Positions 47,979-58,408 of a stretch of DNA of 64,000 nucleotides are shown here, in pieces. Under the pieces are notes generated by a model. The model ran no database searches. It was not told the origin of the DNA and saw only the letters and a program-made list of their open reading frames with translations. This stretch comes from Patescibacteria group bacterium (GTDB taxonomy: Bacteria > Patescibacteriota > Minisyncoccia > Moranbacterales > UBA1568), in NCBI GenBank assembly GCA_038078615.1, contig JBBTWT010000011.1:7480-71479 (forward strand). The letters run 5' to 3'. The position numbers and the translations under genes were made by a program. Numbering within the stretch: the first letter of the stretch is position 1; each line of letters begins with the position of its first letter.

Positions 47979-48950
47979 CTATTCGGCAAGCTTTTGCTGC
48001 TCTACGGCGACCCTGTCCAATGTGAGCCACCCGACCCACAGCGCACACCGAAACAGTGCCTGTGCCGCGACGACGCACAGGATGCCTGCGAGAGACAGAA
48101 GCGAGAGAAGCGTGAAAAACAGAAGCAGAGCGAGGAAAAACGGTATCGCTTGCGAAGGGAGATGCTTGGTCGTCTCGCCTCCCCTCAGGAATGTGATAAG
48201 CTTTTGTTGCAAAGCGAGCGAGAGTATGTCGGACATTTTTTCATCTCCCGCGACCGGTCGTCCCGCGAGTGTCGCTATCTGCTCCCTGCCCGACACGAGA
48301 AAGAGTTCCTGCGCGATCTTCGCCTGATCCGCATCGAGCAGAAGAGTCATCCCGCTCTTGTTCTGCTCGAGACTGAGCAGGAAACCGTCCACGGTCGCAT
48401 CCCCCTCCGAAAGCATGGCGAAACTCGGATTGATGGCACCGGCGGCCTTGAAAATAATTCCTGTCATCTCTTCGCCGATCCGGAAACGCGGCACCAGCTC
48501 TTCCCACGAGACGTTTTTCAGGACGACATAGTATCCGCTGGCCAGGGCGAGCGACAAGCCGGCGACGAATAGGAATTGTCCCGAGCGCACGCTCTTGAAG
48601 AAATGGAAGCGCACACGTTCCTCAAATTCTGAAGCGATACCCATACTGCTCCAGAAAACGAGCGCCACGGATACGGCCGCCGCCACGACATATTCCCACG
48701 AATGTGCAAAAAGCAGTCCCGGCAAGAAAACCAGCGCTGCTCCCGCTATCCTGAAATACGCGTCCGCCCACACCGCTGTCCCGAGAAAGAAAAACGCTGC
48801 CAAAAAGAAAAACCATACCGCCGGACGCCGGATATCGGACGCACCCGGTGTCAGTATCCCGCTGAAAAATGCCTGCCACGCTCCGAGCGCGAGCAGCCCG
48901 ACAATCAGGACGAGAAAAATACCGACTATTCTTCTCCTGGTGAATTGCAT
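47979..48950 (-). CDS. Hypothetical polytopic membrane protein.
   Basis: 323 aa with several TM helices; no recognisable motif. Confidence 0.4.
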   Translation of the reverse strand: MQFTRRRIVGIFLVLIVGLLALGAWQAFFSGILTPGASDIRRPAVWFFFLAAFFFLGTAVWADAYFRIAGAALVFLPGLLFAHSWEYVVAAAVSVALVFWSSMGIASEFEERVRFHFFKSVRSGQFLFVAGLSLALASGYYVVLKNVSWEELVPRFRIGEEMTGIIFKAAGAINPSFAMLSEGDATVDGFLLSLEQNKSGMTLLLDADQAKIAQELFLVSGREQIATLAGRPVAGDEKMSDILSLALQQKLITFLRGGETTKHLPSQAIPFFLALLLFFTLLSLLSLAGILCVVAAQALFRCALWVGWLTLDRVAVEQQKLAE

Positions 48951-48990
48951 AAGCGTTCTTAATCGAATAATTTTCTCTCTTTGATATATT

Positions 48991-49947
48991 CTACACCTTA
49001 TAATACCACCTGTACCATTCGACGAAATTCTTCACGCCCTGCTCGATACGCGTGGTCGGTTTCCAGCCGAGTTTTCGGAGCTTCCGGATATCGGCGACGG
49101 TCGACGGCACGTCTCCTTGCTGCATCGGCATCATTTTCTTTTTCGCCTTTTTTCCTGAATATCGCTCCACGGCCGCGATGTAGTCGAGAAGCGCCTCGTC
49201 GCGATCGCCGCCGATGTTCATCACGGCGCACGCCAGATCGGCGTCCAGCACCGTGATCGTTCCCGTCGCGATGTCGTCTATGTACGTGAAATTGCGCCGC
49301 ATCTTTCCGAAATTATAGACATCGATCGTCTTGCCGCGGATGATGTTCGCGATAAATTTGAAAACGCCCATATCCGGCCGTCCCCACGGTCCGTACACGG
49401 TGAAATAGCGCAGCCCCGTCGTCTTGATCCCATAGATATGGCTGTACATATGCGCCAGAAGTTCCGTCGCCTTCTTGGTCGCCGCATACATCGAGATCGG
49501 CGTATCGACGCTGTCCGTTTCGGAAAACGGGACTTTCTTGCTATCGCCATACACCGATGACGAGGACGCATAAACGAAATTCTTTACGCCGTATTTCACC
49601 GACAGATCGAGCAGATTCGTCGTGCCCATGACATTCACGTCCGCATAGAGCATCGGATTGTCGAGCGAGGCGCGCACGCCGGCCATCGCCGCCAGATGGA
49701 TGATCTTGTCCGGTTTTTCCTTCTTGAAGACTTTTTCGAGAAATTTCCGATCACGGATATCGCCCGTGTACAGCGTGAATCCTTTTTCGTATCCTTTGAG
49801 GAATTTTCTGATGCGGTCGCGTTTCAATCGAGGGTCATAATAGTCGTTGAAATTATCAACGAGCGCCACCGCATCACCACGCTCTATGAGCCTTTTCGCG
49901 ACCGCACTTCCGATAAAACCAGCGCCACCGGTAATCAGGATGTTCAT
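48991..49947 (-). CDS. NAD-dependent nucleotide-sugar epimerase (UDP-glucuronate/UDP-glucose 4-epimerase-like).
   Basis: [16 protein letters not shown] ... YxxxK short-chain dehydrogenase core. 318 aa. Confidence 0.75.
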   Translation of the reverse strand: MNILITGGAGFIGSAVAKRLIERGDAVALVDNFNDYYDPRLKRDRIRKFLKGYEKGFTLYTGDIRDRKFLEKVFKKEKPDKIIHLAAMAGVRASLDNPMLYADVNVMGTTNLLDLSVKYGVKNFVYASSSSVYGDSKKVPFSETDSVDTPISMYAATKKATELLAHMYSHIYGIKTTGLRYFTVYGPWGRPDMGVFKFIANIIRGKTIDVYNFGKMRRNFTYIDDIATGTITVLDADLACAVMNIGGDRDEALLDYIAAVERYSGKKAKKKMMPMQQGDVPSTVADIRKLRKLGWKPTTRIEQGVKNFVEWYRWYYKV

Positions 49948-51116
49948 ACGATTTTTCCCCGTAAATAATTATAATATTCGGCATCATCCGCGCTCATTGT
50001 CGTATAATGCTCCAAAACCTTTTCTCTCGCTTTTGCTCCCACCTGTTTCCTCAGGTCGGCATCTTCGATCAGCTTCCCTACCTTTTCGATCCACTCGGGT
50101 GTCGTGCTTGCGACGTATCCGTCCATGCCGTCCATGATCGCTTCCTTGAATGTCCCGGTCGCGGCGGCTACCGTCGGTACCGCCAGAAGTCCCGCCTCGA
50201 ACCACTTGAGCTCCGACTTCGCCTCGCAGAACGGATTGCCTATCTCGAGCGGCGCCAAATTGATATCCATATGCGCCACCATAGCGAAATATTTCTCACG
50301 TGACAAAAACGGTATGCGTTCGATACGGTCCGAGAATGTTCGCAACCGCTCATCAATATCGATCGGTCCGACGAGGACGAGACGCCACGACGGGTATCGT
50401 TCGAACAGCGTGAGAAGCGCGGGAATGATCGTCGCAAAATCCTGATTATGGCTCAAAGTGCCCGAAAGATAGCACACACGCACGCACGCAGAATCCTTGC
50501 GCGCATTTTTGAGCAGATCTTCGGCGTACGCCACGTCTTTTTGGGAAACCGTATTGCGCACCACAAACACCTGTTTTCCTTTCTCGCGCAGTTTGTCTGC
50601 GAGAAACGTCGTGGTGGTAGTGCACGTTTTTACATACGGGTCATCGACAATCTCCCCCCCCAGGCCATTTTCATACAGTTTGCGTTCGAGAACGTTCATA
50701 TCGGCATAACCGGCCATATATTGCAAGAATCGCGGATCATACACCAGATCATCAGCCTCGAAAATAATTTCCTTCCCCAGCGACTTGATCCGCTCGATAC
50801 ATCGCGCTGCTTTGTCCGTGTACAGTACGCGATGAAAAACAAACACGGAAAATTTGTCCGCGTATGATGTGAGAAAGGGGTTGTCCTGGATAGTGATCGC
50901 TGTTTTGAATCCGTGGAATTCCAATGCTTCTGCGATATGCACGGTGCGATAACGAGCGCTGTCTCCTACGCCGTTGGAGATGAACAATATGTCCCCCGGT
51001 CGCACACGCTTGAACAAAGCGAAAAATGCGGCGAAAACGCGCCACCCTCCGCGCCACAAGCCATCTCTCTTGAGTACATTCCACGCTTTTCCGATTTTTA
51101 TGAGGAAAAGCTTCAT
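49944..51116 (-). CDS. Glycosyltransferase family 4.
   Basis: GT-B C-terminal domain. 4-nt overlaps on both sides. Confidence 0.65.
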   Translation of the reverse strand: MKLFLIKIGKAWNVLKRDGLWRGGWRVFAAFFALFKRVRPGDILFISNGVGDSARYRTVHIAEALEFHGFKTAITIQDNPFLTSYADKFSVFVFHRVLYTDKAARCIERIKSLGKEIIFEADDLVYDPRFLQYMAGYADMNVLERKLYENGLGGEIVDDPYVKTCTTTTTFLADKLREKGKQVFVVRNTVSQKDVAYAEDLLKNARKDSACVRVCYLSGTLSHNQDFATIIPALLTLFERYPSWRLVLVGPIDIDERLRTFSDRIERIPFLSREKYFAMVAHMDINLAPLEIGNPFCEAKSELKWFEAGLLAVPTVAAATGTFKEAIMDGMDGYVASTTPEWIEKVGKLIEDADLRKQVGAKAREKVLEHYTTMSADDAEYYNYLRGKIV

Positions 51117-52309
51117 ACTCTCCTTTTTTCGATTATGATTTTCTTATAGAGATTTTCCAATTGTTCCGCGGATTTTTCCCAACTGAACAGTTCTGCGCGC
51201 CTGCGATTGATCGCGCCTTTCGCCGCGCGAAGGGGAGGAGAATCAATCAATTCTCCGATAGCGTCTGCCAGACCCTCTGGCGTCATTGCGCGCGCGTATG
51301 TGCCTCCATCATCCAGATATTCGCGATTATTCCGTGTGTCGAAACAGGCGATCGGCAATCCCGCTCCCATATATTGAAGCGTTTTTCCGCTCGCTTGCCG
51401 CGTACTCGATGCTTTCGGATCGACGCCGATATCGCTCATTTTCAAGATCTGTGGCAGTGCGAAATATGAGAGAGGACTGATGATGGTCGCTCGTGTTTTG
51501 AAAATGTCGCGCTCCACGTACCCGGTGATTTGATCCACTGGAAATCCGGCGATAACGAAGTGTGCCTCTCTGTGCTTCTCGCACACGAGCGGTATGGCAT
51601 CGAGCAGCAACTGGATGCCTTTATTGGGAATGAGCGCACCGGTATAGGCAATGATGATTTTGTCCTTCGGAATATGGTAGGCTGTGCGGATCAGAGAGAC
51701 ATCCGGCAATTTTTCGAACAGCGACAGGCGCGTACCGTCCAAAAGAACCTGCGCGGGATCGTTCAGACGCACTTTGTTGATATCTGCGGCGTTGTCCCAC
51801 GAGCTCGTCACCGCGGCATCGCCGAGGCTGTCTATCCGGTGTTCGATCATCTCAAAAAATCCCTGCAGCAAGGCGGTACGCAGATAGCTATGCGATACCA
51901 TCTCTTTGGTCAGGCTGCCATGGAAATCCGCGACAAGCATCATCTTGCGCCAGAACAGCGCCTTCTCTACGATCCATCCGATGAGCGCTCCCTCGTGCAG
52001 ATGGCCATGGATGATATCCGGTTTCCATGTACGCGCGAGAAAAAACGTCTTGCGGATGAGCATCAGATCGAGAATGATCTTCTGCCAATCCGGCCCCGCT
52101 TCCAGTTTCTTGTACCAAAAAAGCAGCCGCCGGATGCGACGGATATCTATGCCCGTATCCAAGTGTTTCGGCAAATCAGCGCCGATATGATACGTCGCGA
52201 TCACGATCTTATGCCCGCGCTTCTCAAGCGCCAGCGCCTCTTCGAGGATGCGGATGTGCGTGCCGCGGTCGGAGAAGAACGGCGTCGGAGCCACTACGAG
52301 GATTTTCAT
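51113..52309 (-). CDS. Glycosyltransferase family 4.
   Basis: MKILVVAPTPFFSDRGTHIRILEEALAL N-terminus and a GT4 C-terminal domain. Confidence 0.7.
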   Translation of the reverse strand: MKILVVAPTPFFSDRGTHIRILEEALALEKRGHKIVIATYHIGADLPKHLDTGIDIRRIRRLLFWYKKLEAGPDWQKIILDLMLIRKTFFLARTWKPDIIHGHLHEGALIGWIVEKALFWRKMMLVADFHGSLTKEMVSHSYLRTALLQGFFEMIEHRIDSLGDAAVTSSWDNAADINKVRLNDPAQVLLDGTRLSLFEKLPDVSLIRTAYHIPKDKIIIAYTGALIPNKGIQLLLDAIPLVCEKHREAHFVIAGFPVDQITGYVERDIFKTRATIISPLSYFALPQILKMSDIGVDPKASSTRQASGKTLQYMGAGLPIACFDTRNNREYLDDGGTYARAMTPEGLADAIGELIDSPPLRAAKGAINRRRAELFSWEKSAEQLENLYKKIIIEKRRV

Positions 52310-52321
52310 ACGCGTTCGGTC

Positions 52322-54775
52322 TTACAATTCATCACCGGAAACTGTCAGTGTCCCTCCCTCGGCTATCTCGTCGGCTATAATTTTCTTCACCACGACATCT
52401 TCGATGGCATCCTCGATAAAACGATTGAGAGAACGCGCTCCGAATTCCGGCTCGAATCCCTTCTCCACGATCTTCGCTACGACATCAGAAGCGAAACTGA
52501 TCGTTATGTTTTTCTCCTTCTTGAGACGATCGGCAAATTTTTTCAATTTGAGTTCCGTAATTCTTTCCAGCTCTTCCTGTTTCAATGGTTCGAAGAAAAT
52601 AATGCCATCGAAACGATTCAAGAATTCCAAACGGAACAGGTTACTCTCGACGATATGATCGAGCACCTGTTTGCGGATCACCTTGATCGGCGCCTGTTCC
52701 CGCACGAGAGATTTGATGATCGACGCACCGGCATTGGAAGTCGCGATGATAATCATATTGCGGAAACTCACCTTTTCTCCGAAACCGTCCGTCACATATC
52801 CCTCGTCGAGAATCTGCAGAAACAGATCGAGTGCCCGCGGATAGGCTTTCTCGATCTCATCCAAAAGCAAAATAGAAAACGGTTTTTCCCGAGCCGCCGA
52901 AACGAGCTCTCCTTGGACTCCCATCTCGCGCGAACCGATCATACGATCGATGGATTCCGTGGTCTGGAATTCGCTCATATCCAGACGGATCATCCGGTCC
53001 TCGCTGCCGAAATAGCTTTCCGCGAATGCCTTGACCGTCTCGGTTTTCCCCACTCCGCTCGGTCCGAAGAAGATGAAGCTCCCGAGCGGCCGCGAGGCAT
53101 CGCCGAAACCGGCACGCGCTTTGCGCATCGCTTCGGCCACCTGTTTCACCGCTTCATCTTGCCCAATCACGCGCCTGTGGAGCAATTCTTCAAGTTTCAG
53201 GAGTCTCTCTTTCTCATCCGCTTTGAGAACGCCGGTCGGCACGCCGGTTTTGAGCGTGACAAAAGCATCTACCGTTTCCGGCGTGATAAAATCGCCGCCT
53301 GTCCTCTGCCAATAGATAAACACTTCCTGAGCCAAGTCGATAGCCCGTTCAGGAAATGGCGTGTCCCAATCATAACGCCCGGCAGACGCGATCGCCGCTT
53401 GGAATCCTTTCACCGTGAAAAACACCCTTTTGCGTTCCAATCTCTCGAATTGCTGCACCAGGATGTCGAAGGTCTCGTCGACATCCGTCTCGCGCAGATA
53501 TATCACCTCGAAATATTTCAGCGTCTGCTCATCCGCTTTGGCAAGCGCGTGATACCTCTCTGTCGGCGCGGTCGCGATCAGACGGAAATTCGGCAACTGG
53601 AGAAATTCGCTGAACAGCGGGGCGAGATTGGGACGCGAATGATCATTCCCGAGATACAGGTCTATATTTTCGATAGCGAGAATGACATTGCCGGCATAGG
53701 TCGCCTCAGTGAACAGCGAACGCATGGCGCTATCCATGTTTTCACCACGGCTCGCGGCTACCTCCTCTGCCCGACCGATATCGAACAAGAGCACCCGTGT
53801 TTCATCCAGATGTTCCATGCCGAACGCGTTTTCACGGATGCGATGAGCAAGATGGTGGATAAGCGTCTTTTTTCCGATTCCCGGCGCGCCTACGAGGATG
53901 ACGCTGTTCTGCGTCGGGCGCTCGAGCACGACGGTTACGACGCGCAATTCGTCCTGCCGTCCGACAAGCTCCGCCTGGCTGTATTCCGTCGGATCGTGCC
54001 GCGAAAGATCAAGACAATATCTGTCAAGATGCGGCGTATACGCATAGTGCCAGCTTTTGCCGATGGGTCTCGCCTTGTGCAGATTCTCCCACGACCAGAA
54101 ACGGCTCTTCCGATCGCGTTTTTCGGCCGCGTGTCTCTCTATAGTAACCGCACGCTCATAGTCTGCCAGCTCGATACCGAGCGTGCCGAGAAATGCGAGG
54201 AATGTTTCCGTATCCCGGAGCACCTCTTGCCCAAAAGATTTTTCCTTGAGTCCGAGACGGGCAAGTATGCGTTTGAAAAATTTTTTATCCCGCAACTCTT
54301 TGATAGCGAATGTCGCAGATTCTTCTTTTTTTCTCAAGACATAACCGAGCAGTACGATACCGGATCCGGCTATCCCGAAAAGCAGGCTCACAATTCCAAG
54401 AAGCCGTGTCCAGGGAAACACCACGACACCGACCACGATGAAGAATGGTGCACCGACATACAGGAGAAGCATCATCGCCCCTGCCATCAGAGTCAGAAAC
54501 CAGAGTGATCCTCCTATCGCGAGCATCACGAGCCGCGAGAGCATCCCGAGAAATCGGGAAAGAAAATTGTCAAACAACCTCCTGAAAAACAGGAGCGGAT
54601 GCAGGCCTCTCCAGTTATGAAAAGACACGTCCCGTTTCCAAGGCGAAACAAGCGTACGCAACAGCCCGCCGATATAAAAACGATGGACGACAAACCGCAA
54701 TAAGTTGTCGAGCAGCAGAAACGCGCTCCGTAACCCTTGCGTATAGTACCAAAAGATAAAATTCCGGTTCATCAT
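52322..54775 (-). CDS. Membrane-anchored Clp/Hsp100-family AAA+ ATPase with a degenerate D1 and an intact D2.
   Basis: About four N-terminal TM helices replace the Clp_N domain. D1 Walker A is GAPGIGKKT (Thr replaced by Lys) and Walker B is ILAIENID (DE replaced by EN). D2 has GPSGVGKTE and LLLDEIEKA. Confidence 0.7.
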   Translation of the reverse strand: MMNRNFIFWYYTQGLRSAFLLLDNLLRFVVHRFYIGGLLRTLVSPWKRDVSFHNWRGLHPLLFFRRLFDNFLSRFLGMLSRLVMLAIGGSLWFLTLMAGAMMLLLYVGAPFFIVVGVVVFPWTRLLGIVSLLFGIAGSGIVLLGYVLRKKEESATFAIKELRDKKFFKRILARLGLKEKSFGQEVLRDTETFLAFLGTLGIELADYERAVTIERHAAEKRDRKSRFWSWENLHKARPIGKSWHYAYTPHLDRYCLDLSRHDPTEYSQAELVGRQDELRVVTVVLERPTQNSVILVGAPGIGKKTLIHHLAHRIRENAFGMEHLDETRVLLFDIGRAEEVAASRGENMDSAMRSLFTEATYAGNVILAIENIDLYLGNDHSRPNLAPLFSEFLQLPNFRLIATAPTERYHALAKADEQTLKYFEVIYLRETDVDETFDILVQQFERLERKRVFFTVKGFQAAIASAGRYDWDTPFPERAIDLAQEVFIYWQRTGGDFITPETVDAFVTLKTGVPTGVLKADEKERLLKLEELLHRRVIGQDEAVKQVAEAMRKARAGFGDASRPLGSFIFFGPSGVGKTETVKAFAESYFGSEDRMIRLDMSEFQTTESIDRMIGSREMGVQGELVSAAREKPFSILLLDEIEKAYPRALDLFLQILDEGYVTDGFGEKVSFRNMIIIATSNAGASIIKSLVREQAPIKVIRKQVLDHIVESNLFRLEFLNRFDGIIFFEPLKQEELERITELKLKKFADRLKKEKNITISFASDVVAKIVEKGFEPEFGARSLNRFIEDAIEDVVVKKIIADEIAEGGTLTVSGDEL

Positions 54776-54840
54776 GTGTGTGTGCCAGCAATGAGACTGC
54801 GCATTTTCTTAATTGTAAACGCATTCGAAGCGCTTTGCAA

Positions 54841-54871
54841 ATTGAAAAAAGCGGCCTTTATGGGGTATAAT
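54841..54871 (+). promoter_or_regulatory. Promoter TTGAAA-N19-TATAAT for the GT-C-like gene.
   Basis: The -10 at 54866-54871 lies 9 nt before the ATG at 54881. The divergent Clp-like gene starts at 54775. Confidence 0.3.
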
Positions 54872-56677
54872 GCGATTCATATGGAATCTCCTTCCGCGAC
54901 GGACAAAACCGATGTGCTGCTCGTCCTGTTCGGACTCTCGTTCATCGTCTTCGGATGGTTCGTTTTTTCGCTCGCCGTAAGCGGCTTCTTCTTCTTTCCG
55001 CTCGTCGCAAGCGGCGTGGTGCTGTCCGGAGCGATGGCTCTCTTCATCGGCGGCAAGCTCCTCCTCCGCGCGCCGCTCGACTTCAAGATAGCCCTGCTGG
55101 CCACCCTGCTCTTCGCCGCCCTCGTCGGCTATTTTTCCGAACCGACCGTGTTTTCCGGCCGCGACCAGGGCGCTATCAGCGAGGCCGCGTTCCGTCTGGC
55201 GCACGACGGACAACTGGCCTTCGCGACACCTGCGAGCGACCGTTTCTTCAAGATCTACGGCGAAGGTACCGCGCTCAACTTTCCTGGTTTCGCCTATACT
55301 GCCAATGGCACCCTCATCACGCAATTCCCGCTCGGCTACACCGCGTGGCTCGGCGGCTTCATCTCTCTCTTCGGCCTCTCTGGTCCGGCGGTCGCCAATG
55401 CGATTCTCCTGTTTCTCTTTTTCCTCACGTTCTATGGCCTGCTCCGGATATTCGTCCATCCGTATTACGCCTTTGCCGGGCTTGTGCTCGCCGCAACATC
55501 GTTTTTGCCGACCTGGTTCGCGAAAGTCACCCTAAGCGAGAATCTCGCCGTATTCCTTTTCACGTTTCTCATCTGGAATCTCACCCTGTTTCTCCGCAAC
55601 GGAAAATTCATCTCTTACGCCGGCGTGCTGCTCTCTGCCGGACTCTTCACTTTCACCCGCATCGAGGGATTCGCTTTTCTCGCCCTCGCGCTCATCATCC
55701 TGGCTTTCAGCGGACAGGCGCGGCATGTCTGGAAAACCTATCCCTGGAAAGGCATCGTCATCCCGGTGCTTACGTTCATTTTCTTTTTCCTGCGCGATTT
55801 CTTCATCAATCTCCCCTATTACAAGATGATCGGCAAGGCGCTTCTGAAGTTCCTCGACCAGCTGGGAACCGGCAGCATCACGGGCGATATCGCGAACGCA
55901 GGCGGACATTTCACTCTCGGCACGGTCTTCTTTCTCTACGGGCTGCTCATCTTGTTCCTCGCCGGACTGTTCGGCATACTGCTCCTGCTCAAAGAAAAAC
56001 GCTGGATCGCGCTCGTTCCGGCCATGATAGCCCTCCCGACATTCATCTATCTCTTCGATCCGAATATCTCGCTCGATCATCCCTGGATGCTCCGTCGTTA
56101 CCTCTTCTCCCTCTTTCCGACGCTGCTTTTCTCGGCGGTTCTCGGCGTAGCGCTCCTATTCGCCCGAGAAAAAACCTATCCGATCGCGATGCCGCGCGGA
56201 CGGAACCTGGTATCCGCAAGCGTCATCCTGCTCGGGCTGATCACGCTCCAGTACCCGACGTGGAGCGCGGGCCTGCCATTCGCCGAGAATCGGACGCTCA
56301 TCGATCAGGTGGGCGCCTTTAGCCGGGAATTTTCCGACAGGGACCTGATACTCGTCGATCGCAACGCTACCGGAGACGGTTTCGCGATGCTCACCGGCCC
56401 CGCGCAATTCCTCTTCGGCAAGAACGCCGTCTACTTCTTCAACCCGCATGATCTCGGAAAACTCGATACCTCATCGTTCGAGTATGTGTATCTCCTGGTG
56501 CCCGAAGGAGATCAGGGACGCTATGCCGACATTTTCGGCGACCGTCTCGTATTCAGGAAAACCGTCACTTTTTCCCGGGAACAGTTCGAACACCTTTCCC
56601 TCGAAGATGGGTCCCTGCTCCGTCTGCCGGAAAAAGCGTTCCGCGAAACCCGCAATCTCCTCTTTCAGATATACTGA
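54860..56677 (+). CDS. Large polytopic membrane protein, a candidate GT-C-type glycosyltransferase (ArnT/PMT-like). The start is placed at ATG 54860 or 54881; the ORF track gives 54737.
   Basis: More than 12 TM helices and a C-terminal soluble domain. The ORF-track start overlaps the divergent Clp-like gene. Confidence 0.5.
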   Translation: MGYNAIHMESPSATDKTDVLLVLFGLSFIVFGWFVFSLAVSGFFFFPLVASGVVLSGAMALFIGGKLLLRAPLDFKIALLATLLFAALVGYFSEPTVFSGRDQGAISEAAFRLAHDGQLAFATPASDRFFKIYGEGTALNFPGFAYTANGTLITQFPLGYTAWLGGFISLFGLSGPAVANAILLFLFFLTFYGLLRIFVHPYYAFAGLVLAATSFLPTWFAKVTLSENLAVFLFTFLIWNLTLFLRNGKFISYAGVLLSAGLFTFTRIEGFAFLALALIILAFSGQARHVWKTYPWKGIVIPVLTFIFFFLRDFFINLPYYKMIGKALLKFLDQLGTGSITGDIANAGGHFTLGTVFFLYGLLILFLAGLFGILLLLKEKRWIALVPAMIALPTFIYLFDPNISLDHPWMLRRYLFSLFPTLLFSAVLGVALLFAREKTYPIAMPRGRNLVSASVILLGLITLQYPTWSAGLPFAENRTLIDQVGAFSREFSDRDLILVDRNATGDGFAMLTGPAQFLFGKNAVYFFNPHDLGKLDTSSFEYVYLLVPEGDQGRYADIFGDRLVFRKTVTFSREQFEHLSLEDGSLLRLPEKAFRETRNLLFQIY

Positions 56678-56723
56678 CAAATTTGGAAGCCTTGCTTCCA
56701 AATACTCTATAATATACCAGCCT

Positions 56724-57884
56724 ATGCCATTCACCGAACCGATCATTCCCATTCCCGAAGCCTGGCGCAAACGCTATCAGGTGCTGCGCGTTCTCCTTTA
56801 CATAGCCGTCATTTCGACGGTCATTATCTTCGCGCTGCGCGTGCTCTTTCCTACGCTCGTCTTTTCCTTCAATTTCAAGACGCCGGGCTCGAGCAAGAAC
56901 AACATCCTCGATCCGCGCTCGCCTGAGAACACGCCCCGCACCAATGGCAAAATAGAAACCGGCGATACACTCATCGCCGACGCTGGTATCGTCGGAAGTT
57001 TCTCTCAAGCCCGTGCACAAGTGACGCTGGAAAAACAATCCGCTATCCCGGAGAGTCTCGAATTCTCTCTCCGTCGCTCATACCGCAGCTTTCTCCTGCC
57101 GACCGGTGCGGATGTGACCGGTTTCCCGCAGGAATCGCTCTACAAGATAGAGGGTACATACTATGCCCTCCGCAATGATACATTGTATCCTTTCGTCAGC
57201 GATAATGCGTATCTTTCCCGCTACCCGGATGATTTCGCCGAATCTGTTTCCGGAGACTTCCTCGCCCGCTATCCCGTCTCCGAAAGCTGGATCGGTTTCC
57301 GTATCGGATCGGTCGTTTCTTTCGCGGCCGGGGTGTTCCTCATCGTGAGCGATACCGAGATGCGCCCCGTCGGCAGCGCGGATATCTTTCTCGCGCTCGG
57401 CTACCGTTTCGAGGACGTGCGCCCGGCAAGCGCCGAAGAAATCGGCATCTACGGGCGCGGACGGATCTTCCTGCTCGGCGCACAGCACCCCGACGGCACG
57501 CTGTTTCTCGACCGGGATACTGAGACGTACTATCTCGTCGATCACGGTATGAAGCGGCCGATCACCGATGCGAAGTATCGTGACTTCATATCGAAACAGC
57601 AGACTCCGATCAGCGTCTCCTCGAAATCAAGCGAGGTACGAGCGAACTGCATCCTCGTTCCGTCCCTTTTCGGACAATCGTTCTCCTGCACGACGCCGAT
57701 CGATACGCTTTCCCCCGAAAACGGATCCGATTTCGAGATACGGGTCGAGGGAGCGGATGCCGATATCGATATCAACACGCTCCAGGTTTCCTTCGCAACG
57801 GACAAAAGCACGGAGAATATGCTGACGCTCCTCTCGGCTATCAAGCAGCGTCTCCTCTCACGCCTCGGTCTCGGACAAGAATAA
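56724..57884 (+). CDS. Hypothetical membrane-anchored extracytoplasmic protein. The start is placed at the internal ATG at 56724.
   Basis: The ORF-track start at 56448 overlaps the preceding gene by 230 nt. From 56724 the protein has one N-terminal TM helix and then a soluble domain. Confidence 0.4.
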   Translation: MPFTEPIIPIPEAWRKRYQVLRVLLYIAVISTVIIFALRVLFPTLVFSFNFKTPGSSKNNILDPRSPENTPRTNGKIETGDTLIADAGIVGSFSQARAQVTLEKQSAIPESLEFSLRRSYRSFLLPTGADVTGFPQESLYKIEGTYYALRNDTLYPFVSDNAYLSRYPDDFAESVSGDFLARYPVSESWIGFRIGSVVSFAAGVFLIVSDTEMRPVGSADIFLALGYRFEDVRPASAEEIGIYGRGRIFLLGAQHPDGTLFLDRDTETYYLVDHGMKRPITDAKYRDFISKQQTPISVSSKSSEVRANCILVPSLFGQSFSCTTPIDTLSPENGSDFEIRVEGADADIDINTLQVSFATDKSTENMLTLLSAIKQRLLSRLGLGQE

Positions 57885-57897
57885 TCATATCGCCCCT

Positions 57898-58329
57898 ATG
57901 GAAATGATCGATACATACCTCGCAAAATATCTCACACCTCTCAAGGAAAACGGCTGCCTCGCTGTCTGCTATGCGCTGCTCGCCGAAGCGCTTTTCATCG
58001 GCTATCTCGGGTTCATCACGCTCTTCACCATCGAGACGCTCTTGCCGACCTTCGTCACCGCGCGTTTCAGCCTGACGCAGTTTTTCCTCATCCTTTTCCT
58101 GCTTTCATTCGTTCTCATCGCGCTCGGACAGTATCTCGATATCAGCTTCGACCGGCAAATGAGCAAGATAAACAAAAAGAGTCCGGCACTCTGGCTCGGA
58201 CTCCTCTGGACACTCGGCATCCTCGCCATCTCCCTCTACAAGTTCCCACCGCTCACCATCCCCATCATCATCACCGGTTTCTTCTTTGTCGGTTTTTTCT
58301 TCTGGAAAATATTTTTTAGTGAGGAATGA
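57898..58329 (+). CDS. Hypothetical small membrane protein (about 4 TM).
   Basis: 143 aa, hydrophobic. Confidence 0.35.
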   Translation: MEMIDTYLAKYLTPLKENGCLAVCYALLAEALFIGYLGFITLFTIETLLPTFVTARFSLTQFFLILFLLSFVLIALGQYLDISFDRQMSKINKKSPALWLGLLWTLGILAISLYKFPPLTIPIIITGFFFVGFFFWKIFFSEE

Positions 58330-58408
58330 TTCTGGTAATTTAAAAAAAGAAAACCACTGGGCGATACCATATGGTCTCTATAAGTCCTTCTTGTAATACA
58401 GAGAAAGA

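Noticed and set aside
51530-54508. 992-aa plus-strand ORF.
   Set aside because: It is antisense to the GT4 and Clp-like ATPase genes, which carry clear motifs. Its composition is biased, so it is an artefact.
54955-56322. 455-aa Arg/Pro-rich alternative-frame ORF inside the GT-C-like gene.
   Set aside because: It is an out-of-frame artefact of a GC-rich membrane-protein gene.
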